NCBI GenBank assembly: GCA_963817615.1
Contig: CAWFPH010000003.1
Span: 30,718-94,717 of the forward strand
Source of the DNA: an uncultured Gammaproteobacteria bacterium
GTDB taxonomy: Bacteria; Pseudomonadota; Gammaproteobacteria; Steroidobacterales; Rariloculaceae
Reading direction: 5' to 3'
Length of the DNA stretch: 64,000 nucleotides
Program-made: the position numbers and the translations under genes
Shown here: positions 1 to 9,580 of the stretch, in pieces
Layout of the letters: every line of letters starts with the position of its first letter
Numbering within the stretch: position 1 is the first letter of the stretch
The notes under the pieces: generated by a model
Seen by the model: only the letters and a program-made list of their open reading frames with translations
Database searches by the model: none
Told to the model about the DNA's origin: nothing

Positions 1-1433
1 TGGATCGTGCCGACGTTCGTCTCGCCGGGCGCGATCTCGACGCGCGAGCGGAAGCGATAGAGATCGTTCTCGTTCGCGTCGAGCGTGCGCTCCATCGAGG
101 TCGCCATCATGCAGGTGTTCTGCAGCGGGTAGTACATCGTGCCCGTATCCGGGTCGTAGGTGCCGGCCGGGTAGTTCTTCCCGCCCGACGTGCTGGGACA
201 GATGAGCTTCTCCTGGCCCGGCGCGGTGTACAGCTTGTCGGGATTGATCGTGGCCGCGCCCGACTCGGTGTTGATGTCGGCGATCACGTTCTGTTGCACG
301 GTCTCGCGAGCCCACAGGAACTTGCCCGTGTCGGCGTCGAGGGTATAGACGAGGCCGGTCTTGCCGGGAATGCCGGTGATCACGCGGCGCTTCTCGCCCT
401 GATGCAGGCTCGGGTTGATCCAACGCACGTCCTTCGGATCGGGCGAGAGCGACGTGTCGACGATCAGCCGCTCGAACGGATGGTCGAGATCCCAGTTGTC
501 GACGACGTGCTGGAAGTACCAAATCATGTTGCCCGTGTTCACGTCGAGCGCGAGCGTCGAGTTGTTGTAGAGGTACTGCAGGCCGTTGCCCGCGAGCATG
601 AACTTCGGCGCGGGCGCGGTGACCGACGTGCCGACGTAGATGCGCTTCGTGGTCGGGTCGTAGCTCGGCACCATCCACATGCCGACGTGCCAGCGCTGCT
701 CGTAGGGGATGTTGCCCCAGGTCTCGTCGCCGGGCTCGCCGGGCTTCGGAATCGTGCGGTGCCGCCAGACTTCCTTGCCGGTCTTCGCGTCGAACGCGGT
801 GATCACGCAGGCCTCGGGACCGCCCTCTGGCTCGCAGCTGCGGCCCGAGATCACCTTGCCGTCCGCGACGATCGGTCCGGAGCTGTTCTTCGCGCCGTGG
901 CGATAGTCGAGAATTTTCGTTTCCCACTTGAGCTCGCCCGTGCGCGCATCGAGCGCGTACGCGTAGCCGTCGGCACCGTTGTCGAGAATCAGCGTGTCGT
1001 AGATCGCGAGGTTGCGGTTCGTCGCGGCGGCCGGGAAGTATTTGCCGACGTCGGACGGCACGCTGCGGCGGTACTGCCAGATGAACTCGCCCGTGGCCGC
1101 ATCGTAGGCCTCGGTGATGTCGTTCGGATTCGGGAAGTACAGGATGCCGTCGTACACGAGCGGCGTGCCTTCCTGATCGCCCTGCGCGAGGGGTCGCGTC
1201 CAGACGAGCCGCAGCTGATTCACGTTGCGGCGATTGACCTGGTCGAGCGGGCTGTAGCCCCAGTTGTTCAGAGTGCGCCGCCACATCGGCCAATCGGCCG
1301 GAGCCGGGTTCGCGAGCATCGCGTCCGTGACGGGCGTGAAGCTCGTGATCTTCTCTTGGCCTTGGCTCGGCGCTGCGAGCGCGAGCAAGGCAACGGCGCC
1401 GAAGGCGACGGCGAGGCGCGGAGCGCGGTCCAT
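1..1433 (-). CDS. PQQ-dependent quinoprotein dehydrogenase (methanol/ethanol family), 3' end cut by window edge
   Basis: Absent from the ORF track because it runs off the window. Reverse-complement translation from the ATG at 1433-1431 gives MDRAPRLAVAFGAVALLALAAPSQGQEKITSFTPVTDAMLANPAPADWPMWRRTLNNWGYSPLDQVNRRNVNQLRLVWTRPL... This is a signal peptide plus a quinoprotein N-terminus, followed by propeller repeats. The frame stays open to position 1. The listed ORF 294..1565(+) is its antisense shadow. Confidence 0.85.
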   Translation of the reverse strand, partial: MDRAPRLAVAFGAVALLALAAPSQGQEKITSFTPVTDAMLANPAPADWPMWRRTLNNWGYSPLDQVNRRNVNQLRLVWTRPLAQGDQEGTPLVYDGILYFPNPNDITEAYDAATGEFIWQYRRSVPSDVGKYFPAAATNRNLAIYDTLILDNGADGYAYALDARTGELKWETKILDYRHGAKNSSGPIVADGKVISGRSCEPEGGPEACVITAFDAKTGKEVWRHRTIPKPGEPGDETWGNIPYEQRWHVGMWMVPSYDPTTKRIYVGTSVTAPAPKFMLAGNGLQYLYNNSTLALDVNTGNMIWYFQHVVDNWDLDHPFERLIVDTSLSPDPKDVRWINPSLHQGEKRRVITGIPGKTGLVYTLDADTGKFLWARETVQQNVIADINTESGAATINPDKLYTAPGQEKLICPSTSGGKNYPAGTYDPDTGTMYYPLQNTCMMATSMERTLDANENDLYRFRSRVEIAPGETNVGTI

Positions 1434-1522
1434 CGAGTCCCCCTTATCGTTATGGTTCGAGCCATCTTAGCGCAAAGGCCGCGCAGCGCGGCACTGCGCC
1501 GGCCGCACGGCGCTGCGATCGA

Positions 1523-2053
1523 TCAATCCTGCGGCGTGCCGAAGTCCGCGACGGCGGGGCGATAGCCGCGGCTCTCGAGCCAGTCGCGCAGGCCCGGCCC
1601 CGTGCCTTGCGGCCACGGCCGCACACGCTCGAGCGGCACCTCCTTGTAGCCCGCGAGCTCGTCGGCACCGAGCGTGATCGGCGCGTCGCCGCCGTCGACG
1701 TGGTAGACGAAGATCACCTGATTCAGCCGCTCGAACGCGTAGATACCGACGAACGATGCGCGCGGCACGTCGAGCCCGAGCTCCTCCTGAATCTCGCGCA
1801 GCACCGCATCGTCGGGGTGCTCGCCCGACTCGAGGAAGCCCGCGACGAGCCCGTACCAATGCTCCGGCCGGCCATGGCTGCGCACGAGCACGACGCAGCC
1901 GGCCCGCTCGACGATGGCCGCAACGACGGGCACGGGATTGCGCCAGTAGACGAAATCGCAGCTCGGGCAAGCGAGCCGCTCGCGGCCGCCGTGCTGGCGC
2001 GGCTCGAGCTCGGCTCGGCAGTGCGGGCAATAGTGATAGTCGGAGGCGCTCAT
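1523..2053 (-). CDS. NUDIX hydrolase with N-terminal zinc ribbon (NudC-like)
   Basis: 176 aa. Has CPHC...CPSC zinc ribbon and Nudix box GFLESGEHPDDAVLREIQEELGL. Confidence 0.85.
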   Translation of the reverse strand: MSASDYHYCPHCRAELEPRQHGGRERLACPSCDFVYWRNPVPVVAAIVERAGCVVLVRSHGRPEHWYGLVAGFLESGEHPDDAVLREIQEELGLDVPRASFVGIYAFERLNQVIFVYHVDGGDAPITLGADELAGYKEVPLERVRPWPQGTGPGLRDWLESRGYRPAVADFGTPQD

Positions 2054-2097
2054 CCGGCTACAGTATAGTTCCGTGCGACGCGGACTCAGGGGGAACG

Positions 2098-3954
2098 ATG
2101 CGCTCGACGTCGATCGCGCTCGCGGCCGTGGCCCTTGCGCTAGGGCTCGCGCGGCCGCTCGCCGCTCAGACCGACGGCGCGGCGATTTACGCCGCCCACT
2201 GCGCGGTCTGCCACGAGGCGACGCCGAGCGCAGAGAATCGTGCGCCGCCGCGCGCGCTGCTCGAAAAGCTGTCCCCCGCGCGTATCGTCCGCACGATGGA
2301 CTTCGGCGCGATGATGAGCCTCACTTACATGCTCGACCGTGCGCAGCGTGACGCGGTTGCGCGCTTTCTCGGCCGCGGCGTCGACGACACGGAGCCGCCG
2401 GCCGCGGCCTACTGCGCCGACCGCACGGTCGCCGTGAGCGACGGGGCGGCCGGCGGCTGGAACGGCTGGAGTCCCGAGCCGACCAATACGCGTTATCAGT
2501 CCGCGGGCGGTCTCACGCGCGCGACGGTGCCGCGGCTCGCGTTGCGCTGGGCGTTCGGCTTCCCGGGCGACGTCAACGCGTTTGCATCGCCTGCCGTGCT
2601 CGGCCGCGCGCTCTTCGTCGGCAGCGCGGGCGGCGGCGTGTATGCGCTCGACGCGGCAAGCGGCTGCATTCGCTGGCACTTCCAAGCCGACGGTCCCGTG
2701 CGCACCGCGATGGTCGTCGCGCCGCTCGGGCCCGACGGCCGGCGGCACGCGGTGCTGTTCGGCGATCAAGCGGGGCGCTTCTACGCGGTGGACGCCGAGC
2801 GCGGGGCGTTGCTGTGGCGCATGCGCCCGGAGGCGCACGAATCGACGAAGCTCACGGGCGCGCCGCTCGCGCTCGACGGCGTCGTCTATGTGCCGGTCGC
2901 GTCCTGGGAAGAGAGTCGGCCACTGAACGCCGCTTACGAATGCTGCACGTTTCGCGGCAGCGTCGTCGCGCTCGCGATCGAGGACGGCCGGCAACTCTGG
3001 AAGACCTATCTCGTGAGCGAAACGCCCAGGCCGCTCGCGCCGGATGCGCGCGGCGCGCGGCGCTTCGGCCCATCCGGCGCCGGCACGTGGTCGGCGCCGA
3101 CGCTCGATCGCACGCGCGGCCTGCTATACGTCACGACCGGCAACAACTACACGGGGCAGACGCCGATGAGCGATGCGGTCGTCGCGCTGCGGGTGAGCGA
3201 CGGCGCGGTCGTTTGGTCGAAGCAGCTGACGCCGGGCGACGAGTTCAATCTCGGCTGCGGCCGCGGTGCGGGCTGCCCCGGCAAGGATTCGGACTTCGGC
3301 GCGTCCGCCGTGCTCGCGGCGACGCCGAGCGTCGAGCGGCTGATCGTCGGGCAGAAGTCGGGCGTGGTATACGGCCTCGATCCGAGCCGCGCGGGGGCGA
3401 TCGTCTGGCAACGGCGCGTCGGCGCGGGCGGCATCAACGGCGGCGTGCTCTGGGGGATGGCGAGCGACGGCGCGAACGTCTACGCGGCGGTGTCGGATCT
3501 CGGCCGGCGTGCGCGCACCGGCGCGACCGCGTTCGACTGGCAGCCGAGCGACGTCGATCCCGAGAAGGGCGGCGGGCTCACGGCGCTCGCGATCGCGGAC
3601 GGCGCGCCGGCGTGGCATGCGGCGCCCGCGCCGTGTCCCGCCGCGCAGCCCGTCTGCAGTCCCGCGCAGCCGGCCGCGGTCACCGCGGTGCCGGGCGCCG
3701 TGCTGTCGGGCTCGGTCGACGGCCATCTGCGCGCGTTCGCGGCCGACGACGGCCGCGTGCTCTGGGATTTCGACACCGCGCGCGAGTTCACGACGGTCAA
3801 CGGCGTGCCGGGGCGCGGCGGCTCGCTCGACGGCGCCGGGCCGGTCGTCGCGGGCGGAATGCTCTATACGACGTCCGGCTACGCCCGCAACGGCGGGATG
3901 CCCGGGAACGTGCTGCTCGCGTTCGGCGTGGAGCAACGCCGCGCAGCGGAGTGA
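2098..3954 (+). CDS. cytochrome c domain fused to PQQ beta-propeller dehydrogenase-like protein
   Basis: ORF 1756..3954 trimmed to ATG 2098, which has a GGGGGAA SD upstream. The 114 upstream codons are an Arg-rich shadow. Signal peptide MRSTSIALAAVALALGLARPLAAQ, heme site CAVCHE, and repeated propeller motifs (GGGVYALDAASG, AGRFYAVDAERG, DGHLRAFAADDGRVLW). Confidence 0.8.
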   Translation: MRSTSIALAAVALALGLARPLAAQTDGAAIYAAHCAVCHEATPSAENRAPPRALLEKLSPARIVRTMDFGAMMSLTYMLDRAQRDAVARFLGRGVDDTEPPAAAYCADRTVAVSDGAAGGWNGWSPEPTNTRYQSAGGLTRATVPRLALRWAFGFPGDVNAFASPAVLGRALFVGSAGGGVYALDAASGCIRWHFQADGPVRTAMVVAPLGPDGRRHAVLFGDQAGRFYAVDAERGALLWRMRPEAHESTKLTGAPLALDGVVYVPVASWEESRPLNAAYECCTFRGSVVALAIEDGRQLWKTYLVSETPRPLAPDARGARRFGPSGAGTWSAPTLDRTRGLLYVTTGNNYTGQTPMSDAVVALRVSDGAVVWSKQLTPGDEFNLGCGRGAGCPGKDSDFGASAVLAATPSVERLIVGQKSGVVYGLDPSRAGAIVWQRRVGAGGINGGVLWGMASDGANVYAAVSDLGRRARTGATAFDWQPSDVDPEKGGGLTALAIADGAPAWHAAPAPCPAAQPVCSPAQPAAVTAVPGAVLSGSVDGHLRAFAADDGRVLWDFDTAREFTTVNGVPGRGGSLDGAGPVVAGGMLYTTSGYARNGGMPGNVLLAFGVEQRRAAE

Positions 3955-4018
3955 TGCGCCGCAGCGGGACAGCAAGCCGCGACGCAGTAGCGCGCCGCGA
4001 CGCGGCAACGTGCTGCGG

Positions 4019-5008
4019 TCACTGCAGCAGCTCGTGATAGTCCTTGTTGTTTTCCGTGCAGATGTACTCGCCGATCTCCCACTCCGGATGCAGCGCGAGG
4101 TTGCCCGAGTAGACGACCGGCGCGGCGAACACGTTCGGATCCTCGACGGTCGCGCTATAGGCGATCGTGTCGAACGCGGTGCGCCGATACCGCTCGACCA
4201 CGTGCAGCGCTTCCGTGTGCTTCACGCCCGCGATCACGCTCTTGTCGTTGAAGCCGACCACGTCGACGACCAGCGTGTCGCCATCCCAATGCCCGACCGA
4301 ATGGCCGAGCCACGTCGGGTCGAGGTCGTCGCCGTGATCGCGGCCGATCGGGACGATCCGAAAGATGTTGTAGGCCTCGTAGAGGATCACGACCAAGTCG
4401 TGCTTCGCGACGATCTGCAGCGGGTAGGGCGCGAGCGTCGCGCCGGGCACGCCGGGCGGCAGGCAGCTCGCGCCCTGGCCGAGATCGTCGGCGCGCTGCG
4501 GGACGCGAAAGCGCTCGGCGCCGGGCGCGAGCTTCGGCGGCGCCGCGAGGTGAATGTCGCGGCCGCCGAGATAGACGCCCGAGAGGTCGGGCTCGCCGGT
4601 GGCGAGCTTCGGCACGGGTTTCGGGCCGGCGGCCGCCGCGGTCGCGGCCTCGGTCGTGCCCGTCACCGTGACCTTCGCGGTCGCGGTCCGGGTGCCGCCG
4701 CTGCCCGTGACCGTGAGCGTGTACGTGGTGGTCGCCGCCGGTGCGAGCGCACGGCTGCCGCGCGTTGCGACCGCGCCGATCGCGGGCGAGATCGAGACGG
4801 TATACGCGTTCAGCGCTTCCCAGCGGAGCGTCGCGGACTGGCCCGGATCGATCGCGGCCGGTGCGATCTCGAAGCGTTCGATCTTCACGGGCGGACCGGC
4901 CGGCGCACGGCCGGGAAAGCCGGCCGGAGGCGGCGCCTGCGCGAGCGCGACTCCGCAAAATGTCAAAGCAAAAACAGTGAGTTGTATGGATGTCTTGATG
5001 TAGATCAC
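4019..5008 (-). CDS. secreted hypothetical protein (Ig-like N-domain plus conserved C-domain)
   Basis: 329-aa ORF with signal peptide ...CGVALAQA. Good coding character. No family recognised with certainty. Confidence 0.6.
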   Translation of the reverse strand: MIYIKTSIQLTVFALTFCGVALAQAPPPAGFPGRAPAGPPVKIERFEIAPAAIDPGQSATLRWEALNAYTVSISPAIGAVATRGSRALAPAATTTYTLTVTGSGGTRTATAKVTVTGTTEAATAAAAGPKPVPKLATGEPDLSGVYLGGRDIHLAAPPKLAPGAERFRVPQRADDLGQGASCLPPGVPGATLAPYPLQIVAKHDLVVILYEAYNIFRIVPIGRDHGDDLDPTWLGHSVGHWDGDTLVVDVVGFNDKSVIAGVKHTEALHVVERYRRTAFDTIAYSATVEDPNVFAAPVVYSGNLALHPEWEIGEYICTENNKDYHELLQ

Positions 5009-5023
5009 GAGATTGGGAGCGCG

Positions 5024-5401
5024 CTAGACGCGCGACCACACGCGCAGCTGCGTGCCGTCCTGCAGCTCGACGATCGCGCCGCGCATCGCATTCGCGCCCG
5101 AGCGAGCAGGCGCGCCCGTGCAGCGGATCTCGTCGCCGACCTTGACCGTGTCCTTGGACCACCCGTAGCGGCGCAGCAGCACCGGGGGGTCGAGCTCCAT
5201 CGACCACTCGGGTTGCTCGGCGCCGTCCTCGGCTTTGAAGTAGACGAACACGTGCGGGCTCGTCCACTCGATCCGGGTCACGATGCCGGTCAGAGTCTTC
5301 AGATGGTCCGTGTCGTAGAGAGCGACGGAGTGGTGGGCGACCGCGGTCGCGGCCCATACGAGACCGAGCACCGCCGCGAGCGCGTGCAGGCGAGATTTCA
5401 T
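5024..5401 (-). CDS. small secreted protein, DUF6152-like
   Basis: 125 aa with signal peptide ending AVAHH. Lies directly upstream of 4019..5008 on the same strand (15-nt gap), so a likely operon. Confidence 0.55.
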   Translation of the reverse strand: MKSRLHALAAVLGLVWAATAVAHHSVALYDTDHLKTLTGIVTRIEWTSPHVFVYFKAEDGAEQPEWSMELDPPVLLRRYGWSKDTVKVGDEIRCTGAPARSGANAMRGAIVELQDGTQLRVWSRV

Positions 5402-5484
5402 TGGCGCGTCCTCCGGCGCAGATTATACATGCGCGTTGGGGCGCGGCCGGCGACTGGCGCCGGCAGGCCGATTGGAGAAACCCG

Positions 5485-6294
5485 ATGGTCGATCTCGATG
5501 CCTACTTCGAGCGGATCGGCTACGCCGGTCCGCGAGAGCCGACGCTCGCGACACTGCGCGAGCTGCAACTGCGCCACCCGGCCGCGATCGCATTCGAGTC
5601 GCTCGACGCGCTGCGCGGCGGCCCCGTGGCGCTCGATATCCGTGGGCTGCAGCGCAAGCTCGTCGCAAGCCGCCGGGGCGGCTATTGCTTCGAGCAAAAC
5701 TTGCTGTTCGCCGAGGTGCTCGCCGGGCTCGGCTTCACGACGACCGCGCTCGCGGCGCGCGTGCTGTGGCAGCGGCCCGCCGACGCGCCCGCCGGCGCGC
5801 GCACGCACATGCTGCTCGCGGTGGCCGTCGACGGCGACGATTACTTGTGCGACGTAGGCTTCGGCGGTCTCACGCCGACCGCGCCGCTCGCGCTGGTGGC
5901 GGATCGCGAGCAGCCGACGCCGCACGAGACGTTCCGGCTGCGAGCGAGCGGCGCCGAGCAGGTGCTAGAGGCGCGCCTCGGAGCGGAATGGCGCGCGCTC
6001 TACCGGTTCGATCGCCAGCCGCAGCTCACGATCGACATCGGCATGATGAACTTCTACGTGTCGACGCATCCGGATTCGCCGTTTCGCACGAATTTGCTCG
6101 CCGCGCGCCCGCTGCCGGGGCGGCGCCTCGGATTGCGCAATCGCCGCTTCACGGTGCAGCACGCGGACGGACGCCGCGAGGAGCGCGTGCTCGCGAACGC
6201 GGCGGAAATCACGGAGTTGCTCGAACGCGAATTCGACGTTGCGGTGCCCGATGACCCGCGTCTCGCGGCCGCTCTTGCCGAGCTGCCGGACTGA
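5485..6294 (+). CDS. arylamine N-acetyltransferase
   Basis: ORF 5401..6294 trimmed to ATG 5485 (MVDLDAYFERIGYAGP...). Catalytic-Cys motif RRGGYCFEQN. Length is typical of NAT. Confidence 0.85.
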   Translation: MVDLDAYFERIGYAGPREPTLATLRELQLRHPAAIAFESLDALRGGPVALDIRGLQRKLVASRRGGYCFEQNLLFAEVLAGLGFTTTALAARVLWQRPADAPAGARTHMLLAVAVDGDDYLCDVGFGGLTPTAPLALVADREQPTPHETFRLRASGAEQVLEARLGAEWRALYRFDRQPQLTIDIGMMNFYVSTHPDSPFRTNLLAARPLPGRRLGLRNRRFTVQHADGRREERVLANAAEITELLEREFDVAVPDDPRLAAALAELPD

Positions 6295-7044
6295 TCAGCC
6301 TTCGGGAATGGGGCGGCGCAGGCGCTGCGAGAAGTAGCGTACCTGGCCGGCCTCGAGCAGCCGGTAGCCGCCGTAACCGACGACGCCCGTCGAGTCCTTG
6401 TAGCGTTCGCGCAGCTCGCGGCTCGGCATCGCGTCGCAGAGCGCCGCGCGGCGTGCGCTGTCGCGCTTGAGGGCGCGGAGCACGTTGGCCGTGATCTCGC
6501 GCCGCTCGAGCACCTCGAAGCCGGCGCTCGCGAAGTCCTCGGTCGGCTCCTCGTCGGCCCACCAGTTGTCCGTATAGCAAAAATGGCCGCCCGGTCTCAG
6601 CACGCGAAACACTTCGGCGAGCAGCTGGTCGCGCTGGGTCTCGATGCCGTCGACCGCGATGCGGATCACGACGTCGAACGAGCTTGCCGCAAACGGCAGC
6701 TGCTCGCCGGCACCATGAACGAACTCCACGCCGTCGCGCGCGACGGAGCGGCGGGCACGCTCGACGCTCGCATCGCTCGAGTCGACGCCGATCAGCCGAT
6801 GCGGATGATAGAAACGGCTCACGAATTCCGCGCCGCCGCCGCAGCCGCAGGACAGCTCGAGCACGTCATGGTTCTCGAGCGGCGTGTACCGCAGCGCATG
6901 CTCGTAGAGCCGCAGACAATAGAAGTGCGGATCGTCGCTTGCGATCAGCGTGTTCTCGGGCTCGCTGCTGAAGCCGACGTTGAGTACCGCGACGCCGAGC
7001 TCACGCTCGGCGGCTGCACTGTCGGCGAACGACGGTTTCCCCAT
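6295..7044 (-). CDS. class I SAM-dependent methyltransferase
   Basis: 249 aa. SAM-binding motif I VLELSCGCGGG, followed by the acidic loop. Confidence 0.8.
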   Translation of the reverse strand: MGKPSFADSAAAERELGVAVLNVGFSSEPENTLIASDDPHFYCLRLYEHALRYTPLENHDVLELSCGCGGGAEFVSRFYHPHRLIGVDSSDASVERARRSVARDGVEFVHGAGEQLPFAASSFDVVIRIAVDGIETQRDQLLAEVFRVLRPGGHFCYTDNWWADEEPTEDFASAGFEVLERREITANVLRALKRDSARRAALCDAMPSRELRERYKDSTGVVGYGGYRLLEAGQVRYFSQRLRRPIPEG

Positions 7045-7133
7045 TCGATCTCGCCTCCGCGTAGTGCGCCGTCTTATCGACAGCGCGTGGCACGCCTAGG
7101 GCGCGTGCGGATCGAGGACTGCGGATTCGCGGT

Positions 7134-7161
7134 CGACGACGCGGCTCGAGCCGCGTCGTCG
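7134..7161. promoter_or_regulatory. 28-nt perfect palindrome in the 410-bp divergent intergenic region
   Basis: CGACGACGCGGCTC|GAGCCGCGTCGTCG, with 14-nt arms and no spacer. Lies between the methyltransferase (-) and the quinohemoprotein dehydrogenase (+). Could be an operator or a hairpin. Confidence 0.3.
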
Positions 7162-7453
7162 TTACCGCCGGCCGAACAAGCGCAGGTGCCTAACACCGGT
7201 CACGCGTTGCCTCACTCCCCCGCGCAGCCGCACCCGAGCACCAACCGCCGCTTTCCCCCCCGTTGCTATTCTTCTTTCGCCGGCTCATTCGTCCGGTCTT
7301 GGTGTTGCGTTTCGTTCTAATCGCATCGCGCCGCGCTGTCAAGCACGCGGCTCGGGAGCGGATTTCACGCGCGGCGCGCGGCTATACTGAGCTCGTCCGC
7401 GCTGCGATGCGTCGGTTCGAACGCAGCAGCCGCACGGGCGAAAGAGGGGTCGG

Positions 7454-9580
7454 ATGATCGTTCGCCGCCGGACGCGCGCCTGCGCGCACACTTTGGCTGC
7501 TGTGGTGCTAGCGTTCGGCGCGAGCGCGGCGTCGGCGCAATCCGAGACCGGCGCGCCGCTGCGCCGCGCGGGCCGGCTGCCGGCGCCGCTCGAGCAGCCG
7601 CGCGCGGGCTGGCCAACGAACGGCGGCAATCTGTTCAATCAGCGCTACTCGCCGCTCGTAGCGATCGATCGCGCCAACGTGGCGCAGTTGAAGGGCGTGT
7701 GGCGCACGCATCTCGAGGGTTCCGGGCTCGCGCCGCAATATTCCGGCGAAGCGCAGCCGCTCGTGCACGACGGCCTCGTGTTCGTGAGCACGGGCGCGGA
7801 CGACGTATTCGCGCTCAGGGTCACAACCGGCGAAATTCTCTGGCGTTACGAGGCGAAGCTCGATCCCGCCATCACGACCGTGTGCTGCGGCTGGGCGAAC
7901 CGCGGCGTCGCGCTCGGCGAAGGGAAGGTCTTTTTGGGGCAGCTCGACGGCAAGCTCGTCGCGCTCGACGAGCAGACCGGCAAGGTCGTCTGGTCGATTC
8001 AGGCGGAACGCTGGCAGGACGGCTTCACGGTCACGAGCGCGCCGCTGTACTACGACGGCATGGTGATCTCGGGATTCGCGGGCGCCGAGCTCGCGACTCG
8101 CGGCCGCGTGAAGGCTTACTCCGCGAGCCGCGGCAAGCTGCTCTGGACGTTCTACACGATTCCGGGCCCCGGCGAGCCGGGCCACGAGAGCTGGCCGCGC
8201 GACGGCGACGTTTGGAAGCACGGCGGCGCGTCGGTGTGGCAGACGCCCGCCGTCGATCCCGAGCTCGGGCTGCTGTACTTCTCGACCGGCAACCCGGGAC
8301 CGGATTTCAACGGCGCCGTGCGCGCGGGCGACAATCTGTATTCCTCGTCGATCGTGGCGATCGATGCGCATACGGGACGCTATCGCTGGCATTTTCAGCA
8401 GGTGCATCACGATCTCTGGGATTACGACGCGACGAATCCGGTCGTGCTGTTCGACGTGCGCATCGACGGTGCGCCCCGTAAGGGCATCGCCGAGGTCAAC
8501 AAGACCGGCTTCACTTACATCCTCGACCGCGAGACCGGCAAGCCGCTCGTCGGCATCGAGGAGCGGCCTGTGCCGCAAGAGCCGCGCCAGGCCACCGCCG
8601 CGACTCAGCCGTATCCGCTCGGCGACTCGATCGTGCCGCAGCACGTCGAGGTTGCGCCGGAAGGGCTCGAGCTCGCGAACGGCGGGCGGATCTTCACGCC
8701 GTTCTTGGGCGATCGAGGCGTCGCCGTGAACCCCGGGCTTTACGGCGGCGCGAACTGGCCGCCGAGCTCGTACGATCCCGAGCGGCAGCGATTGTTCGTG
8801 TGCGCGTCGTCCGCGGTCGGCAACTACGTTGGCGGCGACCGCGAGTTCGCGGTGCCGGCCGGCGGCACGAATTGGCTCGGCGGCGTCGTCGGCTTCGCCG
8901 CGCTGCCGCGCACCGGCATCTTCGCGGCGGTCGACGTCACGACGAACAAGCTCGTCTGGCGCTATCAGTGGCCCGACCAGTGCTATAGCGGCTCGGTTGC
9001 GACCGCCGGCGGCCTCGTGTTCGTCGGCCGCAACGACGGCCGCCTCACGGCGCTCGATTCGGACACGGGCAAGCAGCTCTGGGAGTTTCAGACCGGCGCC
9101 GGCATGAACTCGACGGCGAGCGTGTTCGAGCACGACGGGCGGGAGTACGTGGTCGCTTACTCCGCCGGCAATGCGTTGATCGGCTCGCCGCACGGCGACA
9201 GCGTTTGGCTGTTCGGCTTGAACGGCACGCTGCCGAGCGCATCGCCGCGCGACACCGAGCACGAGATCGCGGACGCGGCCGCCGCGGCCGCCGCGGCGCG
9301 CTCGGGCGCGCGCGCCAACTACGATCCGAAGAACCTCGCGCAGGATGGCGTGGCAATCTTCCAAACGACTTGCGTCGTCTGTCACGGCACGGACGGCAAG
9401 GGCGGGCACGGCGGCGGCGCGCCGCTCGACCGGCTGACCGACCGCGACGCCGTCGCGCAAACGATTACGGCCGGGCGCAACAACATGCCCCCGTTCGGCG
9501 CCGCGCTCACGCCGGAGCAGATCCGCGCGGTCGCGGCTTACATCGTCGAGGACCTGTTCGATAAGGACGCGAAGCCATGA
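7454..9580 (+). CDS. quinohemoprotein PQQ-dependent dehydrogenase (C-terminal cytochrome c)
   Basis: 708 aa. Signal peptide, PQQ propeller repeats throughout, C-terminal heme site CVVCHG. Stop overlaps the next start (ATGA at 9577). Confidence 0.85.
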   Translation: MIVRRRTRACAHTLAAVVLAFGASAASAQSETGAPLRRAGRLPAPLEQPRAGWPTNGGNLFNQRYSPLVAIDRANVAQLKGVWRTHLEGSGLAPQYSGEAQPLVHDGLVFVSTGADDVFALRVTTGEILWRYEAKLDPAITTVCCGWANRGVALGEGKVFLGQLDGKLVALDEQTGKVVWSIQAERWQDGFTVTSAPLYYDGMVISGFAGAELATRGRVKAYSASRGKLLWTFYTIPGPGEPGHESWPRDGDVWKHGGASVWQTPAVDPELGLLYFSTGNPGPDFNGAVRAGDNLYSSSIVAIDAHTGRYRWHFQQVHHDLWDYDATNPVVLFDVRIDGAPRKGIAEVNKTGFTYILDRETGKPLVGIEERPVPQEPRQATAATQPYPLGDSIVPQHVEVAPEGLELANGGRIFTPFLGDRGVAVNPGLYGGANWPPSSYDPERQRLFVCASSAVGNYVGGDREFAVPAGGTNWLGGVVGFAALPRTGIFAAVDVTTNKLVWRYQWPDQCYSGSVATAGGLVFVGRNDGRLTALDSDTGKQLWEFQTGAGMNSTASVFEHDGREYVVAYSAGNALIGSPHGDSVWLFGLNGTLPSASPRDTEHEIADAAAAAAAARSGARANYDPKNLAQDGVAIFQTTCVVCHGTDGKGGHGGGAPLDRLTDRDAVAQTITAGRNNMPPFGAALTPEQIRAVAAYIVEDLFDKDAKP

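Noticed and set aside
294-1565. 423-aa plus-strand ORF.
   Set aside because: The composition is Arg/Ala/Val-rich with no motifs. It lies exactly antisense to a well-supported PQQ dehydrogenase. This is a typical shadow ORF in high-GC DNA.
1756-2097. N-terminal 114-codon extension of the ORF at 1756..3954. The same issue applies to the extensions of ORFs 5401, 10571..11464, 19982, 47837, 49641, 55637 and 58886.
   Set aside because: The extensions are Arg-rich and overlap neighbouring genes or promoters. Internal starts give proper signal peptides, SD sequences and family-typical N-termini.
3509-5857. 782-aa plus-strand ORF. Similar long ORFs are 7508..9460(-), 42789..44273(-), 49617..51107(-), 52504..53748(-), 58769..60667(-) and 61755..63104(+).
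   Set aside because: All are Arg/Pro/Ala-rich, carry no recognisable domains, and run antisense to or out of frame with genes that have clear family signatures. They are GC-driven open frames, not genes.
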